This document shows positions 10,947 through 30,559 of a DNA stretch of 64,000 bases, one piece after another. Below the pieces are notes generated by a model. That model was given only the letters and a program-made list of their open reading frames with translations, made no database searches and was not told where the DNA came from. Numbering within the stretch: position 1 is the first letter of the stretch; the number at the start of each line of letters is the position of its first letter. Position numbers and translations under genes: made by a program. Source of the DNA: Macrostomum lignano (taxonomy: Eukaryota); contig NIVC01002742.1 in NCBI GenBank assembly GCA_002269645.1, forward strand, positions 63,517 through 127,516, given 5' to 3'.

Positions 10947-13900
10947 TCACGCCCAGGTCACTGTCCTCGTCCTCGCCATCGTCCTCCTCGCTGGTGTCAC
11001 CGCCGCAGCCGCCGCGGCAGTCCGCTGCTCGAGCCCGCAGCCGGTGAGCACCAGCGACACCGCCTCGCCGTTCCTGTCGTCAATGAGGCGCAGCACCCGA
11101 GCCGGCAGGGTCAGGCGGGTCACCTGGCGACGAGCCGTCTCGAACTGGTGCACAATGTAGGCCAGGAGCATGTGCTGGCGGAACTCCACCGAGTCCTGCA
11201 GCAGAGCAATCTGCTGGGTGAGCATCGCCACGCCGAAGTTCAGAGTGAACACCGCCACGCACAGGTAGACAATGGCCTGCGGCCACAGCACTAGGTAGTC
11301 GGCGAGGCCGCGGAACTCCGTCAAGCCGAAGGTGTATCGAAATGTGCGAATCACGAAGTCCGGGACGCAGGCCAGCGGCTGCAGTCGGTCTGACAAATTT
11401 GCGGGTTGCGATTTCATGGCGATTGGATGGTGACTGGATGGTGACTGGATGGTGACTGGATGGTGATTGGATGGTGATTGGATGGTGATTGGATGGTGAT
11501 TGGGTGGTGATTGGTGATTGGATGGTGATTGGATGGTGATTGGATGGTGACTGGATGGTGATTGGATGGTGATTGGATGGTGATTGGGTGGTGATTGGTG
11601 ATTGGATGGTGATTGGATATGATTGGATGGTGATTGGATGGTGATTGGTGATTGGATGGTGACTGGATGGTGACTGGATGGTGACTGGATGGACTGGATG
11701 GTGACTGGATGGTGACTGGATGGTGACTGGATGGTGACTGATGGTGACTGGATGGTGACTGGATGGTGACTGGATGGTGACTGGATGGTGACTGGATGGT
11801 GATTGGATGGTGATTGGATGGTGATTGGATGGTGATTGGATGGTGATTGGGTGGTGATTGGTGATTGGATGGTGATTGGATGGTGATTGGGTGGTGATTG
11901 GTGATTGGATGGTGATTGGATGGTGATTGGATGGTGATTGGTGATTGGATGGTGACTGGATGGTGACTGGATGGTGACTGGATGGTGACTGGATGGTGAC
12001 TGGATGGTGACTGGATGGTGACTGGATGGTGACTGGATGGTGACTGGATGGTGACTGGATGGTGACTGGATGGTGACTGGATGGTGACTGGATGGTGATT
12101 GGATGGTGATTGGATGGTGATTGGATGGTGATTGGATGGTGATTGGGTGGTGATTGGTGATTGGATGGTGATTGGGTGGTGATTGGTGATTGGATGGTGA
12201 TTGGATGGTGATTGGATGGTGACTGGATGGTGATTGGATGGTGATTGGATGGTGATTGGGTGGTGATTGGATGGTGATTGGATATGATTGGATGGTGATT
12301 GGATATGATTGGATGGTGATTGGATGGTGATTGGTGATTGGATGGTGATTGGATGGTGATTGGATGGTGATTGGATGGTGATTGGATGGTGACTGGATGG
12401 TGATTGGATGGTGATTGGATGGTGATTGGATGGTGATTGGATGGTGATTGGATGGTGATTGGATGGTGATTGGGTGGTGATTGGTGATTGGATGGTGACT
12501 GGATGGTGATTGGATGGTGATTGGATGGTGATTGGGTGGTGATTGGATGGTGATTGGGTGGTGATTGGTGATTGGATGGTGATTGGATGGTGATTGGGTG
12601 GTAATTGGATGGTGATTGGATGGTGATTGGATGGTGATTGGATGGTGATTGGGTGGTGATTGGATGGTGATTGGATGGCTATTATATGGTGATTGGATGG
12701 TGATTGGGTGGTAATTGGATGGTGATTGGATGGTGATTGGGTGGTGATTGGATGGTGATTGGATGGTAATTGGATTGTGATTGGATGGTGATTGGATGGC
12801 TATTATATGGTGATTGGATGGTGATTGGGTGGTAATTGGATGGTAATTGGATTGTGATTGGATGGTGATTGGGTGGTAATTGGATGGTGATTGGGTGGTA
12901 ATTGGATGGTGATTGATGGTGATTGGGTGGTGATTGGATGGTGATTGGATGGTGATTGGATGGCTATTATATGGTGATTGGATGGTGATTGGGTGGTAAT
13001 TGGATGGTGATTGGATGGTGATTGGATGGTGATTGGATGGTGATTGGTGATTGATTGTGAGTCACAGTTAGAGTTAACTAATAGCTTTAAAAATAGTAAA
13101 GAATGACTCAGCTTGAGTCCATATAGTCCGACAACATAAAAAATCTACTCACATATCCTCATTGCCCCAACAAGCGCACTACTCACTGGAATGAACGGCT
13201 GGCTGAGCAGCAGAGTGCAGCCCACCATAAATATTGGCGCGCAGATCAGGTACACCATCTTCGAGGACACGTTCAGACTGTACAGCACGTAGAAAAATAT
13301 CCTGTGATGCAGGGACATGTCGCACATCATCACCAGCAGCATCACCAGCAGGTATGTGCAGGTGGTTACTATGCAACCTGTAGCCGACTTTTATTGACGT
13401 AAAACACCTGCGGATCGTCTGTAGCTGAGTAGCTGCCGGCCAGGTCGATGAAGAACAGCTGCTCGAGCAGCAGGGCGACCAGCTGCATGAGCACAAAGCT
13501 CAGCATTACACCGTCGAACACGTCTCTACGCATTGTGACGGAGCTGCTGAGCCAGCGAGCGCCCAGCCAGTCTCTTCTGGCTGACCTGCGAGGATTTTCA
13601 ACTGCACGGTATGAGAGCAGCTACTGACAGTAGAAATGCAAGCATTTTGCTCGGATTGCTTAATGTAAGACACGGGAGTGCCCAATCAAAGACACGGGAG
13701 TGCCCAATCAAAGACACGGGAGTGCCCAACCCAAGAGACGGCAGTGCCCAATATAAGAGACAGGAGTGCCCAATACTAGACACTACAGTGCCCAGTCAAA
13801 GACACGGGGAGCGCCCAATCTAAGACATGGGAGTGCCCAATCCAAGACACGGGAGTGCCCAATCCAAGACACGGGAGTGCCCAATATAAGACACGGGAGT

Positions 13901-16757
13901 GCTAAACCCAAGAGACGGCAGTGCCCAATATAAGAGACAGGAGTGCCCAATCCAAGGCACAGGGAGTGCCCAATCCAAGACACAGGGAGTGCCCAATCCA
14001 AGACACAGGGAGTGCCCAATCCAAGACACTGGAGTGCTCAATCCAAGACACTGGAGTGCTCAATACAAGACACGGGAGTGCCGAATCAAAGACACGGGAG
14101 TGCCCAATCAAAGACACGGGAGTGCCCAATCAAAGACACGGGAGTGCCCAACCCAAGAGACGGCAGTGCCCAATATAAGAGACAGGAGTGCCCAATACTA
14201 GACACTACAGTGCCCAGTCAAAGACACGGGGAGCGCCCAATCTAAGACATGGGAGTGCCCAATCCAAGACACGGGAGTGCCCAATCCAAGACACGGGAGT
14301 ACCCAATACAAGACACTACAGTGCCCAATCAAAGACACGGGAGTGCCCAATATAAGACACGGGAGTGCTAAACCAAGAGACGGCAGTGCCCAATATAAGA
14401 GACAGGAGTGCCCAATCCAAGGCACAGGGAGTGCCCAATCCAAGACACAGGGAGTGCCCAATCCAAGACACAGGGAGTGCCCAATCCAAGACACTGGAGT
14501 GCTCAATCCAAGACACTGGAGTGCTCAATCCAAGACACTAACCTGTGCAAGCTGTAGTGGTTGATCATCTTCATCCCGATCCAGGCTCCCCAGCAGCCGA
14601 AGATGCCAATCTGCAGCACGAGTCGTACATAAAACACGTACCGGAATGCGCTCAGGGTCTCCGGCGACACGAGTCGCAGGTAGGAAATCACTGAGCTGTC
14701 GTTGCCGCCATCAGAAGAAAAGTCGGACTCGAGCCCGGGCACTCGAACTTCCACGCTAGCATTGAAAGTGTCGCGAGTGAAAATTCGCACTGTGAGGGTG
14801 AGCAGGCTGAAGTACATGAACAGGTACGAGAACGCCGAACTGAATGTGACGCTTTTCTGGCCAATCAGCGGGCGAAGGCTGGCGAAGTAGGCTCGGGCGA
14901 CGCGGCTCCTGTAGAAGCGCAGGTGGCCGCGGCGACAGAGCCTCGCCGAGGCGCGGCTGGGCAGCGTTCACCAGGCGAAGGAACGGCGACTTCAGGAAAC
15001 GGGGACCACCGGCGCATGCGTACGGCGTCAGGTGGATCTCCTCCGTGCTCAGGCGGGAGTCGGTGGGGTGCGGGCTGACCCGAATGAGGTGGCCTGTGAA
15101 ACCGTGATGCGGGATTTGGTATCTGGGATCATGATGTGGGATCTGGGATCGTGATGTGGGATCTGGGATCAGGATGTTGGATCTGGATCAGGAGGATGGA
15201 TTTGGGATTTGGGATCACGATGCTGGATTAGGGATCTGGAATCTGGTATCAGGATGGGCGATTTGGGATTTGAGATCAGGGATCTGAAGTCAGGATGCGA
15301 CATGTGGGATTAGTGATCTGGGATCTGGAAGAGAGGATCTGGGATTATTTTATGGATATGAGATCTCAGGATTCGGAATGGGATCATCCTCATCAATAAG
15401 TGAGTTTAGGAGTTTAAGATGTAAACGGGTTGGGATTAGAATGTGGGATCAGGACATGGAAGACTGGCTGAAGTGTACATAGTGAGATCCTGCCTCAGCA
15501 AGATGAGCACCAGTTCTGAGCACCAGTCTACTACTGGCTGACTGACCCGGCGCGTTGGCAAAGGCGTCCACCAGGTAGAAGAGGTCCCAGGTGGCCGCGA
15601 ACTCGACTGGCCGCATCGCCTCGACGGTGGCCTCCTCCAGCAGCAGGCGGGCGCAGAAGTCGGCGTGCCGACGCGTCAGGCCGCAGAAGAGTCGCGCCAG
15701 TCGAAGCTGGCGGCCGGGAAGTTCCGGGCAGCAGCAGAGGTCGGCCAGGCCGAACAAGGCGCACCGGACGCCCGGCCACAGGCTGTTGTCTGGCCGAGAC
15801 TCCACCAGCTGGACAGTCCGGTCTATCAGCGTCTGATCGCCGGTCAGCAGCACCTGCGGGCAGGAGTTTGCGGATGCTGGATGGCTGTAGTTCTGCCGTA
15901 CTTGCAGCTGCATCAGGTTGAATTGTCTCAGCGTTGGATATGAGGTCTGTGAAGGCCCGCCGGACCTCCCTGACTGGCCCCGCGACTTCGTTTCTAGTGG
16001 GGTTTCTACTTTCTCCCATCCATCTGTGTCTCTCCTACCCTCCCTGTGTCTCTCCTATCCCCCTGTGTCTCTCCTACCCTCCCTGTGTCTCTTCTACCTC
16101 CCTGTGTCTCTCCTACCCCTGTGTCTCTTCTACCCTCCCTGTGTCTCTCCTACCCCCTGTGTCTCTCCTACCCCCTGTGTCTCTTCTACCCTCCCTGTGT
16201 CTCTCTCACCCTCCTTGTGTCTCTCTATGTCCCTACCACCCTCCTGTGAGATTAAGCATTGCAGCAAAGTTAAAGTCAAATTCAAGCATCTTTTGCAAAT
16301 TCAAAGCCGTCTTCTAAAAAATAACCAGTGACGATTTCGTATGGAATTTAAATTCAGACACTGATTAATTAACCTGCACAAAGACGCTCAGCTCGAGCTC
16401 TGTTTCGGCTCTGATCGCTCGTCGACTTCGCATCGGCGACTCCCGGCTGTAGCGGCATCTGTAGCGGCCGTCGCGACCGACTCCGTGTCCGAGTAGTAGC
16501 AGAGCGTCCGGACTGCGCTCCAGCTCGGCTGAGAACTGCTCAAACTGGCCGGAGTACAACAGCTGCAGCGCCTCATCAACTGTTTTTGCTTGCTCGGCGG
16601 CGTCGCTGGCTGCGGAGACCTTCGGCTTCACGGGCGACGCCTCGATATCGAGCACCGTCAGCTGTTCGTCGAGCGACTTCTCTTGGTTCTCCATTTCAGT
16701 CGCCAGCATATTAGCGGCCGGTTTCGGTTTGACTTTGTGGCAGAAGTTTTTATACAT
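10947..16757 (-). CDS. TRP-like cation channel, about 5 exons, frameshifted in this sequence
   Basis: Exons ~16757-16374, ~15995-15470, 15093-14543, 13585-13187, 11378-10947. Several TM segments, pore-like TFRYTFGLTEF, S6-like YLCVAVFTLNFGVAML, ankyrin-like CKYGRTTAIQ. Junction 14543/13585 is phase-consistent (H-R-S). Frameshifts at ~13370 and ~14955, probably more upstream; upstream exon bounds approximate. Confidence 0.6.
11420..13055. repeat. 11-bp minisatellite (GGATGGTGAYT)n filling a TRP-like intron
   Basis: ~1.6-kb array of GGATGGTGATT/GGATGGTGACT. Confidence 0.95.
13665..14540. repeat. ~22-bp minisatellite with a ~420-bp higher-order duplication, intronic
   Basis: Unit GGGAGTGCCCAATCCAAGACAC; variant block at ~13670-13900 recurs at ~14090-14320. 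Confidence 0.9.
15110..15450. repeat. Degenerate GGGATCT-rich repeat, intronic
   Basis: GATGTGGGATCTGG units; reverse complement resembles the EGFR intron 14-mer. Confidence 0.7.
16020..16240. repeat. ~19-bp pyrimidine-rich minisatellite, intronic
   Basis: CCCTGTGTCTCTCCTACC units. Confidence 0.85.
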
Positions 16758-17125
16758 TGCCAATCTAGCTGCTGCTGCTGCTGCTGCTGCTGTTATTCTG
16801 TGCAAATCTGGCCAGGTCATAGCCGCGAATAGCAGCTGCTTCAGATATTTATGCAACCCGACTGGCAAGCTATTGTTAGCCAATTAATTAAATATTGTTG
16901 TGATTGATCTAATCAGCTTAATTATAGTAAATGCATTTACATGTAGTTGCTAAAAGGATTGATTCTTTTTTTGCCTAATATGGAAGCTCTCTGGCACCCA
17001 GTCAGGACACGATCCTTCATCAAGAATTTGATTGCTGTTTATTGAATCGAGGAGCCATACATGCAATCTCATTAATCCATGAGTCTATACATGTAAATCA
17101 ATGTGAGCGGCTGACGTGATACGTG

Positions 17126-17335
17126 GGGTTGTAGCCTTAGTGGTCTAGCGCGGTTGCTCTGTTGTCCCAGCGGCCCAGGCTTCCAGTCAGCAAGTTGAGT
17201 GTGTGCCTGTGCGTGTGACTGCGTACGTATCCTTACCTGCTCCAGATCCGGGGAAGATCGGCGGCATCGGTTATGTCGGTTGTGTGTGACTGCAATGTCG
17301 CTTAAGTGCGCCCAAGGGTGCACACAGCCCTGCCT
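17126..17335 (+). mobile_element. SINE family B copy, internally deleted
   Basis: GGGGTTGTAGCCTTAGTGGTCTAGCGC head and TGTCGCTTAAGTGCGCCCAAGGGTGCACACAGCCC end match the copies at 51297 and 63016. Confidence 0.75.
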
Positions 17336-19809
17336 AGCCTAGACTAGTCGACGTAATGCATGTAATTTAATATTAAAATAATTAACAACTCATACTGAAA
17401 TGGCATCCCATTGATGGCTAATTCAGCGATTAATTATTAAAATTGTAATAAAATTTGCCTAATAGAACCAGGTAGCACATATAGAACCACATTTTCCGAG
17501 GATTCTGTAGCACCGTGTTTTCATGTTTTTGCAGACTAAGAATTGTAATCAATCATAACAATCAACAATAAAGTTCATGCATATTTTGTAATCAACAAAA
17601 GCAATAACCCTTGCAGAATTAGTTCTATTGTTTTGGACATATAAACGTTTTTCTGAGTTATTGAATCTATGCTTTTTATACATATAAGGCGCAATAGTGA
17701 ATCGTTAAAAAGTTTTGGCAATGTTTTTGTTAAAAATGTGGGCACACGAACAAATGTCCATTTTTCTTAGAAAAATAGTTTGTGTTTCAGTTCTTTTCAC
17801 GATTACCTGCATGTATCTGGCAGAAATTCGCTTGTCAATTAACCTAAAGTCAAAGACAATGTTTCTCTAGAGCTTTGGGCCTAGTCAACTACTGGAGCCT
17901 GGAGGTTAAATGCAGATCACGGTTTTTTGTTTGGGTGGGACTGTAATTCAATTTTTTGTTGGATTTGAAATAACAAAAAGATCATAATTGGAATCCATTG
18001 TTAACGAATGAATGTAAAACATAGTAAAACTAAAAGCATATCGACTTAAGGTTGCATAGGCAAGATCTTGATTTTGCTAAGATCCTAAGATTAGGATTTG
18101 GATCCTATCCTAATGCCTTACTCCTTTCTCTACTTATTTACTAATTGACTAACTCAAAGATATTTTTTAAATGATAATTGATAACAAACAACTAGGTTAG
18201 GCTATATGGCTATGTTGCCAAATTCCTAATTTTTTGATAGGTCATCAATGATAGGTCATTAGTTTGTATAGGATAAAAATTAAAATAGGTATTTTGACTA
18301 GCTTCTATTAAACTTAAAGATTGCTACTTAAGAGATATAGCTTATATAAGGCCTATTTTGATTTTTTAAAGTTTGCTTCGCAATTGATATTATTAGAAAT
18401 TAAGCCTACTTTTATCTAGATTGTTTATTTAGTTATATATATTATTAAATTAACAAATGTTTTTCCTAAAGGCATAGAGAAAGGGATAAGACAGATCTTA
18501 AATAGCCTAAAAGTTATCTATTTTAAAAATATATGATAGATATATCTATTGTAAAAGTAGTTTATTACCCCTAAAAGTAACTCTTTCAAAATAATTTTTT
18601 GGCTATATGCCTAGCTCCTAATTTATGTATAAAACTTAATCTTTGATTGTAACTATATAAATCTTTCAATATTATTGCTTTATTTCAGACTTTGGTATCC
18701 TTGGCCTTTCAGCTTTCAGGCAGATGCAATGTCATTGACATTTAATAAATACTTGTAACAAAAGCTTACAAGTATGCCTAAGTATCAAGATTTATCATTG
18801 GCTGAGTGAAATAAACTGATAAAATTATAAATTTTCTATAGAAGCTACAGCTGACCTAAAGCAATCTCAGCATATATTTGGCACACATATGGCATTTTCT
18901 AATTCTCATGTGGTAAGTGTTTCATTTGTTTTTTGGCTTTGTTTTAGAAGATATTAAGCTTTAGTTAAATTGCACTTGATTTGTTCTTGGGCATTGCTAG
19001 CCTAAATGTAAGACAACATTATTAACACATTACCATGTGTTCTATTGCTTTTGTAGTATGTCCAATTGCCTGACTGTTTTGAAAATTTTGTATTTATGCT
19101 GCATCATAATTTATTGGCCACAAATTGAGCAGATTAAATTACGCAGATTTACTAATTAGGTGGCGAGTCGTGTATTTACTAAAATATGGTAATAGTTACT
19201 CGCGCCGTTTACCCAATACAGAGCCCATATCATTGCTTTGAGATTAAAACTGGAGCAAGTCAGAAACAAGGCTTCTTTGATCTTCGCCGCCGCAGATTGA
19301 CTGACTCACCACCAGCTTGACCCTGACACCTCTATCCTCCCTACCCTCTTTGCTCGCCCCATAAATTGGTTCTGCTAGCGCTGGGGTCGCTTGCCTCACA
19401 TCTCGCTATAGCTGCCACGCGCGTGGCTTTGGGGTCAGAAAATCTCTTCTAATAAAAATTCTGGCCCCTTGGTTTACCTCTTGGAAAATCATGGTGGCCA
19501 TGAAGCGATTATCTCGCCGCCATGTGACTGCTGCTGTGATTTTTTTGTAGCATTTATTACTTCTAGTTCACGGTTGGTGCAAGTCTTCAGTTTTTAGGGG
19601 CGGTCTCCCATCTTTGTGCTGCAGCAACGTTCTAGTTGACTTAATTGCTTCTGTTTTCTTGTCTTATCTACTCAGCTGTTCTCCATATTTCTCTCTTAGC
19701 CCTCAAATGCCGCATCATTTGTCCTTCAACCTGTGTTTCATGCCTGTCCATCTGTGTCTACCTCTATGCTACCCCTCTCCCTCACACTACACCTGTACCA
19801 CCCACCGCC

Positions 19810-20140
19810 CTCTGTATCTCCCTCTGTAGCTCCCTCTGTACCTCCCTCTGTACCTCCCTCTGTACCTCCCTCTGTAGCTCCTTCTGTACCTTCCTCTGTA
19901 GCTCCCTCTGTAGCTCCCTCTGTAGCTCCCTCTGTAGCTCCCTCTGTACCTCCCTCTGTACCTCCCTCTGTACCTCCCTCTGTAGCTCCCTCTGTAGCTC
20001 CCTCTGTACCTCCCTCTGTACCTCCCTCCGTACCTCCCTCTGTACCTCCCTCTGTACCTCCCTCTGTACCTTCCTCTGTAGCTCCCTCTGTACCTCCCTC
20101 TGTACCTCCCTCTGTACCTCCCTTTGTAGCTCCCTCTGTA
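19810..20140. repeat. 12-bp minisatellite (CCTCCCTCTGTA)n
   Basis: CCTCCCTCTGTA/GCTCCCTCTGTA units. Confidence 0.95.
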
Positions 20141-20718
20141 TCTTCCACCTCCCTCCCATCTCCCTTTACCTCCCTCTCCTCGTTTCTTATCTCTCTGTCT
20201 CCCCTCTCTCCCCCGCCCAGTGTTTCTCTGTCTATCTCATCCTGCCCCCGTCTTCCTTTCTATCTCATCTTTCCTGTCTTCCCCCTTTTCTGTCTCCCTC
20301 TCTTCGAAGACATAATTTTGAGCGTTTTCGACTATTGCAAGATAGCCACGTTGATTAAAAATTAATAGGAAAATTTTTTTACTTGCTTAACTTGTACAGT
20401 TGGAAGGCCGTACTTTGACTCATAGAGGTCGTTTCCATGGTTTCATGTGGGTGTATTGTGCATGTGGGGGAGTTCAAGGCAAGCGGTGGCATGATCTCCC
20501 AAAGTCCTCAGTGGTTCTCTCTCCCCTCTGCTCCCAAGTGCAGATTTTTCCTGGTGGCGCTCTCCCCTCTATCCCTCTCTGCCCCCTCTATTCCAACCAT
20601 ACCCCATAGAATTCTAGATAACTAACTGGAAGAGAAGGCTCACTTTTTCGTGGGTCGAAAGCGGACACAACCGGGCCGAGTCATTTTAGCTTGTTTAAAC
20701 GGCCTGCCTTTCCCTATC

Positions 20719-20765
20719 CAGGGAATACTCTACATAGAGTATGAGAGTATGTAGAGTATTCCCTG
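20719..20765. mobile_element. 47-bp minimal TIR element with a 7-bp TSD
   Basis: Perfect 18-bp arms CAGGGAATACTCTACATA / TATGTAGAGTATTCCCTG around an 11-nt core; CCCTATC at 20712-20718 and 20766-20772. Confidence 0.75.
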
Positions 20766-21080
20766 CCCTATCTCAGTCCCACTGACTAAGCGGGGTTTGA
20801 GGTGGGCAGGCTCTTCACAAGGCTTGGAAGTTTTTTTGTCCTAGACAGGAGAAAAACCCTTCGGAGGGGAAGGAAGATCCCCGGTAAATCAGTGCTGTTT
20901 CTTTGTCTGTGATGCACACGGGGTAACAGGCCCCCCACTTGAAAGCTGAACGCATGCACATTGGGTGTACATTTGCTCGCATGCTTTTGAGGATGCCTTC
21001 TCCACTTCACCCTAAATGAAAAATTTCTAAAGATTCGATATGATGCATGCTATATCAGAGACTATAGTCAGAGAAAAAGA

Positions 21081-21395
21081 ATGGTTTATAAATACGCAGC
21101 TTACAACTACAGGTCTGGATCTGGATATGCAACTACAAATAAAAATCCAGCGGTTCAATCTTCAGGAGCAGAAAGCAGAATATTTTCTCATGTGCTTCCT
21201 TTGCATGATTTTCAACTATTTGAAGAGTGGTCGCAACGAATTCGAAGGGTAAACTACCAACCCAGGACAGAATCTCAACTGTTGCACTTTATTGCCACCG
21301 ATTTTCACACAACGTCACAAGATTCTTAGTGAGCGCAGGAGAAACAGCGACACTCTGAATAAGGAATGATGGTGTGCCGGTGTGCCCTCCATACA
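21081..21395 (+). pseudogene. Degenerate THAP zinc-finger domain (transposase N-terminus-like)
   Basis: MVYKYAAYNYRSG...FSHVLPL...EWSQRIRRVNYQPRTESQLLHFIATDF...SQDS then GVPSI in a shifted frame follows the THAP pattern C-x4-C...FP...W...IRR...P...CSxHF...AVPS; the first two Cys read Tyr and the third is missing. Confidence 0.7.
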
Positions 21396-22250
21396 ACAAC
21401 GAAATGCGCTGTCAGCCATTCCAGCGAGTCATGGTCACGAGAGACAAGGACAACGTCACACGTTTCAGGGCCTGGGCGCGAACCGCCGGCCGCACCGCCG
21501 GCAGAGTCCGGGGCGCCGGCATTAGCCGGCAAGAAGTCGACGAAACACAGACTGCGCGCCTGTCCCCGCCGGTAGGTTGCCTGCAGCGACAGCAGCAGCA
21601 CTTCCTGCACCGGCTGTGGACTTTAGGACTCGGCTCGGATGATGTGGCCAGCTGGAGTCGTGGACGGCGCAAAAGTTTGCTGGGAAGGGACAGGCCAGTG
21701 CGGCGATAGAGCCCGCATTGGTGACGTGCTCGCAGCCGATCTTAAAGACAGGCCAGCGTGCGCCGCATTGACCTGCTGTTCGAGCGAATCCGTCAGTGTC
21801 CAGGTCTCGGTGTTGTACAACAGGACGGTCTCGATCACCGCCTTGAACAACGCCGCCCTCTGGCGGTCAGGCAGGGCCTCGGACTGCAGAGCAGCGCTCA
21901 CGAAACGGAAGGCAACCCAAGCAAGTCCACGGCGACGTGCTAGGTCCTCTGGAACATCAAGCACCATGGTCTGCAGACCGCCGAGGCAGACGAACTGCTG
22001 ACAGTGCGGAAGCTTCGACACCTGCCTGTCAGCGTCTCGGTGTTCGAAGCACGACGATCTTCTGCGTGTTGACCCCCAGGCCGACGCTCGCAGCAACGCT
22101 CACAAGCTGGTCCAGCTGGCGCTGGGCGCGTTCGACGGTCGGCAGGAAGAGACTCGACGAAATCGTCGAGTTTGACCGCGATGTATCAGGTGAAATCGAT
22201 CGCCGGAAAGTACCGCGATGCAGTGGCGATGGTACCGCGATGTATCTTCT
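21395..22250 (-). mobile_element. 5'-truncated, frameshifted RTE-clade LINE fragment
   Basis: AWVAFRFV...LFKAVIETVLLYNTETWTLTDSLEQQV...AGHIIRAES and YRRGQAR are typical of the RTE ORF C-terminus after the RT domain. Confidence 0.8.
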
Positions 22251-23029
22251 TCATAGATTAGATTAAGCAGCTAATTTTCTGTTCATACTATGATTTTTAC
22301 TGATCCCATCCCATGTGTTTACTTTGCGGCTTTGCAAAAATATTAGTTTTGTTAAGATATGTCACAAATACCTTTAGAAACTCTTAATAAGCACTGACTT
22401 GTTAATTAAAAAAATAAACTTAAAGAATCAAATATTACTCTTAATAGCAGCAGCCAATTATTAGTGAAAACATTAGTGTTGAATAAGGCAGCCAGAAAAC
22501 ATGCAGGCTCCCACTCGGCCCGGTTGTGTCCGCCCCCCCAAAAAAGCCTTCGCTTCCAGTTAGTTATCTAGAATTCTATGGGGTATGGTTGGAATCATAG
22601 TATGGTTGGAAGCATACCCTGTCCAAGGAGATCTTCAACCATAATCTGGAGTGCTAGCTTTTCTGTGCCAAATCATCTATTAAAGGGGCCAAATTCGCAC
22701 TCCAGATGCTCTTTTGTTCAATGCTTGGTTCGCCTTGTTCCTCTTTCTATAAGCCACCCATAAGGGGGAAGAGTTAAAGTGCATATGGGCCGGGTATCGC
22801 TGCTGAACAAAATGCATTGGCAAGATTGGGAGTTTTCAGTTTTTTTTGTAACAATAAATTACCTATGTTAGGTATAGTTAAAAGATAGTATAGCTTTTTT
22901 GCAGCCCACTTGGGCTTATGCGTATTGTCCCATGTTGTACGCTCATTATTCAACGTTTTAAAATCATTATTCAATGCTACTAAAATTCTTACATATACAG
23001 TACGTTATTTTAAGAATTTCGGTGTTGTT

Positions 23030-23545
23030 TGGACTCATTTTGGCGCCTTGTGCACTCATTTTGGCGCCTTGTGCACTCATTTTGGCGCCTTAGGCACTCA
23101 TTTTGGCGCCACAGCCAGACACTCATTTTGGCACTCAGTTTGGCGCCACAACCAGGCACTCATTCTGGCGCCTTAGGCACTCATTTTGGCGCCACAACCA
23201 GGCACTCATTTTGGCGCCACAACCAGGCACTCATTTTGGCGCCACAACCAGGCACTCATTTTGGCGCCACAACCAGGCACTCATTTTGGCGCCACAATTA
23301 GGCACTCATTTTGGCGCCACAACCAGGCACTCATTTTGGCGCCACAACCAGGCACTCATTTTGGCGCCACAGCCAGGCACTCATTTTGGCGCCTCAGCCA
23401 GGCACTCATTTTGGCGCCACAGCCAGGCACTCATTTTGGCGCCTTTGGGACACACATTTTGGCGCCACAACCAGGCACTCATTTTGGCGCCTTTGGGACA
23501 CACATTTTGGCGCCACAACCAGGCACTCATTTTGGCGCCTTAGGC
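23030..23545. repeat. 25-bp minisatellite upstream of the TRIM-NHL gene
   Basis: GGCACTCATTTTGGCGCCACAACCA units; related degenerate units at ~42560-42820. Confidence 0.9.
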
Positions 23546-23971
23546 GCTAAATTTTGCGCCCTAAAACAAAACTTTTGATTTCAACAACAGGTCACAAGCT
23601 GTACATAGAAAAAAACATGCTTTTATAATTCAATTTTCATTCAGAGTACGACTCGTATCGAGAAGAAGTGAAAAAAGCAGTCTCAAGCTACAAAATTGTT
23701 GCACTACTAGAAGTAGACGGAGCGTTGTGTGCGTTTTGGTTGAGTAGATTATAAAAAACACTTGAGTCCTGTTTTCATTCTCGTCTTCTTAGGTACAGTC
23801 ATTCTCTATTGGCTGAGACCGTATGGCCTTATCATAGGTGGCGCCCCTCTGAGAAGTGCAATCTCTATTTAAATCTTTACCCGACATTTAATTTGCGTTC
23901 ATTTTGCCGTTGAAAGTATCTTAGAGTATTTTTGATTTCTCATCTCGCAACTGTCAACTTGAATCCCAAAG

Positions 23972-30558
<6,587 letters not shown>

Positions 30559-30559
30559 C

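Larger units (their letters stand above)
20590..22595. mobile_element. ~2-kb segment bounded by ~90-bp inverted repeats; defective THAP-type DNA transposon
   Basis: ATTCCAACCATACCCCATAGAATTCTAGATAACTAACTGGAAG...GCGGACACAACCGGGCCGAGT (20590-20681) is mirrored at ~22513-22595; encloses a THAP remnant. No TSD found. Confidence 0.6.
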
